The notes under the pieces are model-generated. The model saw only the letters and a program-made list of their open reading frames with translations. It had not been told where the DNA came from and searched no databases. Source: Blepharisma stoltei ATCC 30299 (taxonomy: Eukaryota; Protista; Ciliophora). Taken from it: DNA of 64,000 nucleotides. Positions 60,867 through 64,000 of this stretch are shown here, piece by piece. The stretch is from assembly GCA_965603825.1 (NCBI GenBank), contig CBFDEM010000054.1, forward strand, positions 186,001-250,000, given 5' to 3'. A program made the translations under genes and the position numbers. The stretch's first letter is position 1; the number at the start of each line of letters is the position of its first letter.

Positions 60867-62472
60867 TTAAAAATTATAAATAGGATGGTAAGCTACTTCA
60901 GGTGTCGACAGCTCACTTATATCCTTTGAAAACACATAATCGTTTCTTTTAGTTCTAAACGGGGCAGGAGATTTATATCTCACCCCCAAATTTGACCCTG
61001 TATACCTTGGATGGATTGGTATCAAATCTACTTTCACATTATGATTTTCATCAAGCCCTCTCAAAGGACTAAACTCGACCATAAAATGCCGATTTCTTCT
61101 TTGTAAAGCTTCTTTTCTATACGCGCTGAGCTTTTCTTTATCTTTTAACACCACTTCCATCAGTCTATCTACTGGGATTGGGCTTGAGTTCTGTGGTCTA
61201 TGGCTAGAAATAGATTTTGATCTATTTATATTTGTTATTATATCTGACTGGATTTTGTGAATTTTTTCTTTGCTTTCGTCTCTAGAGGTTTCTAGATAAG
61301 CCATCTGCCTAATATCTGGCGCTGGAGTAAGATTTTTTTGTGTTCAAGGCTTTTCTTTTTTGCTTAAAATTCTGCGGATTAATTTAGCATGAGGATTTTC
61401 AAGCTTTTCTTTGGGGGAGTGAGGTATTTGGAAAGGAGGTAAAGGCTTTTTCTCAATTAAGGGGAGCCTGTCTTCTAATGGATGCTCGAGTTCGCCAGGA
61501 TTGATTAGTGGGACATTCGGGGTTAAAAAGTGAATGAAATTGGAAATAAAGAAAACATCTTCAAATTCGCGAGTTAAAAGAATTTCGTCAAAAGGTGGCT
61601 GAACAATTGAATATTCAGTTTCGGCTAATAATGGCATCTCTATTGATGCTTTTGAAATTCTTTTTTGATCTACACTTTCTGGGAATAGATCAAAAGTTGG
61701 GGTACTTTCAAGGAAGTCGTAGGGTTTTATAAAATTTTCAATTCTCTCTAAGAACTCTTTCGCCAATCCGAAAACTGCATTATCTTCTATTTCTTTTATC
61801 AATTTTCTGCAGATACTAATAGCTATCTCCTTTTTATCTTCAACGATTAATTTCACCCCACATAACCCCAAAGAAATAATTCCATACAAACTCTTTTTGC
61901 ATATATCACTAATACTTGATTTTTCTCCTTTTAAAATGCTATTTAATGCTTCTGCTGCCAATTGAAGATACACGCTGCTTTTATTAAAATTCTTCATCGT
62001 TCAATTTATAAGAAAAGTTATAAAGTGGGAGCATATTTCTAGGTCTCATCCATATCCATATCCTTTTTTCTTGGCTGATAGCATGAATGATTGGATTTCA
62101 TAGACAAATCTTAAGGCTTGATTATCTTGCCCCTGTCAAACTATAGATACCTTACTTATGAAATGCAAAAGCCATTACACAATACAATACAATTCTTTCA
62201 GATCAATTCAGTTGTAAAGTAATTTTTAGGATTGATTGGTCTGCTTTTACTGCTTTATTTAGCACACAAAATGCTTCACTGTATCGATGATGCTGCATTA
62301 ATACGATTCCAAGAGATGTAGCCATGCTGATAAAATTTAGGAATTTTTGAGTTATTTCTGTACTTTCGTATCCAATTAAGAGTCTAATTTTATCTAGCTT
62401 CTTGTAGCAGTTGACAACTAAATTGACAGATTCTTGGATTGATAAATATTTTTGACCCTTTTTAGTTTTCAT
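60867..62472 (-). CDS. Hypothetical helical (TPR-like) protein with an unresolved frame break near 62140-62158
   Basis: Segments link through TGA at 62203, 62001, 61344 and others, but the 5' part is out of frame by 1 nt. Confidence 0.5.
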
Positions 62473-62676
62473 TACAAGAATTTAAATTTCTTATTATATT
62501 AAAATCATTCTTTAGGGAAAGTTAATATTCCTTCCAAATTACTAATAATTTCACTGAGAAATCATTATAGTTTAAGTAGAATTTAGCAGTTTTTAATAAG
62601 AATACCTTGCTATATAATTTGTACAAGTCTTTTAACATAAAAGGCAATTTGTTAAAATTATTTCTAATATTAACTA

Positions 62677-63672
62677 TTAAAAGAATAGATAAGCTTGCTC
62701 CAGAGGTCTATGGAGGTAATAAACCTGGTGATTCAGAATTGAATATTTTTGGTACTCAGTGTAGTTCCCAAAAGTGTTTGTGTTTTTCCCAAATTCAGTT
62801 GCATAAAAAGTGGCAAAATAATGCCCAACCTCAATAGCAGTGATATTATGGTTAATCTTAAGCGAAAACCATTCGCTGAATAATAATTACTAAGCAGGCT
62901 TTTCAGGGTGAATCATAGTTGCATAAAATGGGATATCAATTCCTTCAGATATAACGACATTGAGCACTCCAAGCCTATCATAAGAAACAGCCAACGGTCT
63001 TAGCATTGACGAGACCTTAGGATTATCTAAATAATTCTTACCTGTGTACAAGCTAGGATAAAACCCATACTTATGATTCTGATAAGTGATGTTTTTATAA
63101 GCCATCTCATAAAGCATTCTTGGGTCTGCATTGCCAAAAAGTCTTGATTTAGGCACGCTGTCAGTGAACATTAGGTTTGACCTGAAATTCAAAGCATCCG
63201 TGTACTGCATGGCGCATTCGCAGTGTTCCGTCAAGGCAATGTGAAGCAGCTGAGCTCCCATGCATACACCAACATAAGGGAAGTACTCCCCATTCCTATT
63301 TTTCTCAATCACTTTGTTGACGATGTAGGCTGATTTGTTAAGGTACTCATGCCAATATTCTTGGCCGTCAATGACAGAGGTAAGCTTGGTCTTGCCGCCA
63401 ATCAGATAGACTCCATTGATCTTGCTCATGAGGAAGTCGATTTCTTCATAAGTGTAGTTGTAAAGAATTGGAACCACTCGAATACCTCCAGACTCAAGGA
63501 ATTTAACATATGAAGCTGCTATGTATGATCGCGCTCCTGTGGTATTGAAGGTGTCGTCACAAGGGGTTGAGACAATGCCAACCACTGGGAAGTTGTTCTT
63601 TCTTTTGAAGTTGTAGTTGGTAAAACTCAGCCCTGATGCGAAGGTTGAGAAAAATAGGATAAAAACTATCAT
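62677..63672 (-). CDS. GGH: Gamma-glutamyl hydrolase (peptidase C26); intron 62876-62890
   Basis: Signal peptide, YIAASYVKFLESGG, GVCMG, NHKYG, and HPEKPAY|EW after splicing. Confidence 0.92.
62876..62890 (-). other. 15-nt intron
   Basis: GTAATTATTATTCAG; removal restores HPEKPAYEW. Confidence 0.92.
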
Positions 63673-63869
63673 CTATTATATGAATTTAAAATGGTTAAAA
63701 GTCCAGTAATTCGTAGGATGAAGAATCAAAAAGAAATTTTATAAATGGCATACTTAAATAATGGAAATTTAAGAATTAATCAGCTGTAACTTAGATATTT
63801 TTGGGTTTTAGTGATACAGAATTTATTATAATTTTAGTTGAGACTTATAAATTTGTTGATTCATAATTA

Positions 63870-64000
63870 ATGTCAGAAAATCCAAACGAGCTGATAGATC
63901 CAATAACATGATTCAAAAATAATGACGAACAGCCCACTACAACCCTCCAGCCTTCAACATTTATCTATAAAGAAGCTTGATCATTTAATTCAAAAATTTG
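63870..64000 (+). CDS. 5' fragment of a probable gene running off the window
   Basis: MSENPNELIDPITW.. is open to the end of the window with two TGA read as Trp. Confidence 0.45.

Noticed and set aside
62141-62155. 15-nt GT..AG candidate intron
   Set aside because: It lacks A10 and does not restore the reading frame.

Overview
Gene-dense, AT-rich eukaryotic nuclear DNA, most likely the macronuclear genome of a heterotrich ciliate of the Blepharisma type. Two features recur across the window and explain why the standard-code ORF track is fragmented. (1) In-frame TGA is read as Trp: it falls at conserved Trp positions in Rab, TBC, BIR, NAP, MORN, PDE and PLD motifs, while genes end in TAA or TAG. 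(2) Introns are tiny 15-nt (one 16-nt) GT-AG spliceosomal introns with a fixed A at position 10. Re-reading with these rules gives about 53 protein-coding genes separated by very short spacers. They include an axonemal dynein heavy chain (partial), SAS-6, polyprenyl-diphosphate synthase, a CTL transporter, a PUB-nucleoredoxin fusion, NAP/SET, alpha-glucan water dikinase, eIF4E, GDH, an ankyrin kinase, ZNF593, an IQ-MORN protein, an Ank-Sec7-PH protein, Rab5- and Rab2-type GTPases, chitin synthase, ABHD4/5, PAQR, F-box, RING, eRF3, TBC, BIR, LITAF, a membrane PDE, a Zucchini/PLD6-like protein and gamma-glutamyl hydrolase. No rRNA, tRNA, CRISPR, transposon or telomere was recognised. The most novel-looking items are an eRF3 with both double PAM2 motifs and a Sup35-like Q/N/Y-rich segment, gene-specific partitioning of TGA versus TGG, a CaaX-tailed Zucchini-like protein, the PUB-nucleoredoxin fusion, a CBM-less GWD, divergent genes whose ATGs are 14 nt apart, and an acylated IQ microprotein. 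All family calls come from motif recognition by eye; no database searches were run.
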